DNA of 64,000 nt from Takakia lepidozioides. Lineage: Eukaryota > Plantae > Bryophyta. Both the position numbers and the translations under genes were made by a program. The DNA is taken from assembly GCA_030704615.1 (NCBI GenBank), contig CM060731.1:67580001-67644000 (forward strand), given 5' to 3'. Shown in pieces: positions 61,549-64,000 of the stretch (position 1 is its first letter; every line of letters starts with the position of its first letter). The notes beneath the pieces are model-generated. The model had not been told where the DNA came from. It did no database searches and saw only the letters and a program-made list of their open reading frames with translations.

Positions 61549-62672
61549 TCACCTCGATCCATGGCGATGTGCCTCATTCCAGCATGCACCAAGGCACAAA
61601 TGTTTGCCATCACATCTAAGGCAATAGTAAGGAGTACGGACATGACAAACACTACACAACCGCCTGTGTGTTGTGTGAAGGCATTGATGCACATATGTGC
61701 AAGAGGCATCGCCAGTGCTGTCTATGTTGTCTGTGGAGATCCCTATTGTCAAGCAGGGATCTCCACTAGCATGTAGCCCAGTGGTAATGGGCACATACCA
61801 CGTTCGGATGTGGTTGTGGGTTCAAACCTCGGTCTAGTGTATCATGTAGGTGTCCACCTTTCAGCTAGAAGGCAGTAGCCCTTGTGGTGAAGTGACACCA
61901 TAAGTTACACTCCCTTCGGAAGACATCATATATATTTATTTATTTATTTTATTTTATTTTATTTTTTCCCTATTGTCAATGCATAAGCCAGCGCCAAATT
62001 GAAACTCTAAATGGCTCATGGCCCACCGGCCCATCTTGGTGACATTGGTTGAATGCAAGATATATGCATTCACCATCGTTGTGTCCATAAGGAAGAAGAA
62101 TAGCCGATGTCATTGTCAGTGACAATTACATGCCTCAAACCATGCAATCCCGCAGCAAGACTAGTGACAACATCATAACCCTCATCTTTGCCACTTTTTG
62201 GCCTTTCGCTCTCAAGCCCCCCTGCATTCTTCCCAAAGTAAACAGAGAAATCGTACACATAAGAAGTCTCCGAATCATCCAATGCCCACAACTTCATGCC
62301 CCCACTTGCATGGCTTATTTGGCATGTACATCCTCATCGCACAATATTTGCCCTTGTAACGGATCATGACCTCGCCAACCGTCAACATCTTATGAAGATT
62401 CCAGAGCGACTTACATCTAGCAACTACTTCATCGCAAACCCACCTAAGCTTTCCCAACTGTTAAAATTGGGACTGCCATGATCAGAGACTAGAGTGGTAT
62501 TGCCAACAAGGTGCAAATATCTAAGTATGGCCTCCCACCTGCGAATGACAGGACAAGAGAAGAATACCTCAGAGTGTTTTCCAGTAACACAGAGTTCCGG
62601 GCAGCTTCTTCATGCCCATAAACACACAAATACCAATCCAAACCCGCAATTCAGGAACTATCAATTCCTTTG
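61549..62672 (-). mobile_element. Second, diverged piggyBac transposase remnant with internal deletion
   Basis: Minus-strand pieces: ELRVWIGICVFMGMKKLP, RWEAILRYLHLV, LTVGEVMIRYKGKYC..YMPNKPCKWG, VIVTDN, then directly HRLFFFLMDTTMVNAYIL, MSHLEFQ and the Cys-rich end CSVC..YYCLRCDGKHLCLGACWNEAH. No TIRs were found. Confidence 0.88.
61753..61966 (+). mobile_element. tRNA-derived SINE (~214 bp) inserted in the second piggyBac
   Basis: A-box TAGCCCAGTGG (61774-61784), B-box GGTTCAAACC (61819-61828), (TTTA)n tail. 13-bp TSD TCCCTATTGTCAA at 61740-61752 and 61967-61979. Excision rejoins the transposase (LAYALTIG). Confidence 0.9.
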
Positions 62673-63099
62673 TCATGGTTTTAGTCATGGTTAACTAGAA
62701 TTACCTACTTCTAGTTAACTAGGACATTTTGGATATTTAGTGGGACAAGAAGGGGGTGTTTCTTTTGTCTTCTACAGCTAGGCCAGCCTGCAGGTCTTCT
62801 TCTCCTGTGACTGTAAGACGGTTCGTGGGACACCAGAGGGTGTCAGTGCCATCTGTTCCTGCATATGTATAGTATCAAACATACATGCGAGGGATAGATC
62901 TGTGTAAGACCAGCTTCGAGGTGCGTACAACTTGCAGCTGCGTACAAAGAAGTGCGGTGCAGCTTCTCTACGACTTGGCCTAAGTTGGCATTTGGGCCAC
63001 TGGCACAGTTAGACTAAATAGGAAGGGCCTCCATCCCTCTTTGTTATCCTTGAAAAAGTCTAAGACTGCCAAGCAAGGCCAGTCATGGTACAAGATGCA

Positions 63100-64000
63100 T
63101 GCTTCTAGAGACTTCATTTGGTCTCACATGCCAAGTGAGGTGTCAAACCTCACTTGGGACATGGGGATGGGTTTTCCCCTTATGAGTGTTGAGGAGGGCT
63201 CATCTTCTTGTAGTTGAGCCTCCATAAGCCTCTCCCACCTCCATAGCTCTAGCTATTGAGAAGGAGTGTGATGAGGTAGCTCAAGAGAAGCTAAGAAGTG
63301 GTTGTTCTATCCATGGTGAAATGAAGCCAAGTGGGGTTTTATTTGGTTGACAAACAAGCAAGCAAAGGCGGCGCTAGAAGGGAGTGCTTTTGCTAGTTCT
63401 ATGAGTTATTGGATTGCTCTTGGTGAAGCAAGTGGTTGACCAAGCAAGTGGCGCATGTGTGGAGCACGCTTTCCGAGTGTGGCTTCCAATTCAAGCTTGA
63501 GGAGAGCTAGAAGGTGAAGTGAGCAAGTTCATTCCTTGTGTATGAGGTGGTGCATGTTGTGGAAGAAAAGCCAAGGAGCTACATAGGCTAGGGCTTGAAG
63601 ACAACAAAAGCAACCACTTGGAGAGCATCAAGAAGCTCAAGATGACTCCAAAGGGAAGCATGTGGGTGAGAATTCTATCCATGATGATGTGAAACCAAGC
63701 CTAGAGTATTGAAGAGCTTGGAGCACATGTGGGAGATCATTGGAGGTGGTCTTCATGAAGAAAGGAGATTGTGGCTCACGGCATGCATAGCAACTTCAAC
63801 CATACATTAGCATGTGACAAGACAAGGAAGGGGAAGGTGAAGCTCATGTATTCATTCCCTTTTTGCTTAAGTTTTGTGGTGGATGGTTGATCAAGCAAGT
63901 GATGCTTATGTGGAGCATGCTCTTTAGGGCTTGTGACTTCAAGTTTGAGAAGATGAGCTCTTGAATAGAGGTGTGGATACACATTATGATGAATGAAGAG
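63100..64000. mobile_element. Probable decayed LTR-retrotransposon sequence
   Basis: Purine-rich and CpG-depleted, with recurrent caag/cttg/catg words and no intact ORF. Compositional impression only; no diagnostic motif. Confidence 0.3.

Overview
This is eukaryotic nuclear DNA from a land plant. It is probably a non-seed plant, inferred from gene content and intron style; the species cannot be determined. The window has three zones. (1) 1-20 kb is a transposon graveyard. It holds an inverted-repeat element with an LTR-integrase scrap, a GNL3/NSN1 pseudogene fragment, arrays of a 22-26 bp palindrome, a probable 2.4-kb non-autonomous Helitron and a truncated PPR start. It also holds a complete 4.1-kb TTAA-flanked piggyBac with a decayed transposase, two Mutator-type MITEs and a LINE 3' end. 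(2) 20-60 kb is a compact gene island: peroxisomal MDH (+), queuosine salvage QNG1/DUF2419 (+), an intronless GT92/DUF23-like glycosyltransferase (-), CTC1 (+), RPS16 (-) and a PqqL-like M16 zinc protease (+). Intron 15 of the protease carries three stacked LINE 3' ends in a (TC)n tract. (3) 61-64 kb contains a second, different piggyBac remnant interrupted by a tRNA-derived SINE, then probable LTR-element debris. The most interesting items are the two piggyBac lineages in a land plant, the self-stacking RTE-X-like LINE and the intronless GT92-like gene. The intact piggyBac also has an extra N-terminal exon and a D-armless tRNA-like fold. There is no CRISPR or prokaryotic system. All gene models and homology calls were made by eye, without database searches.
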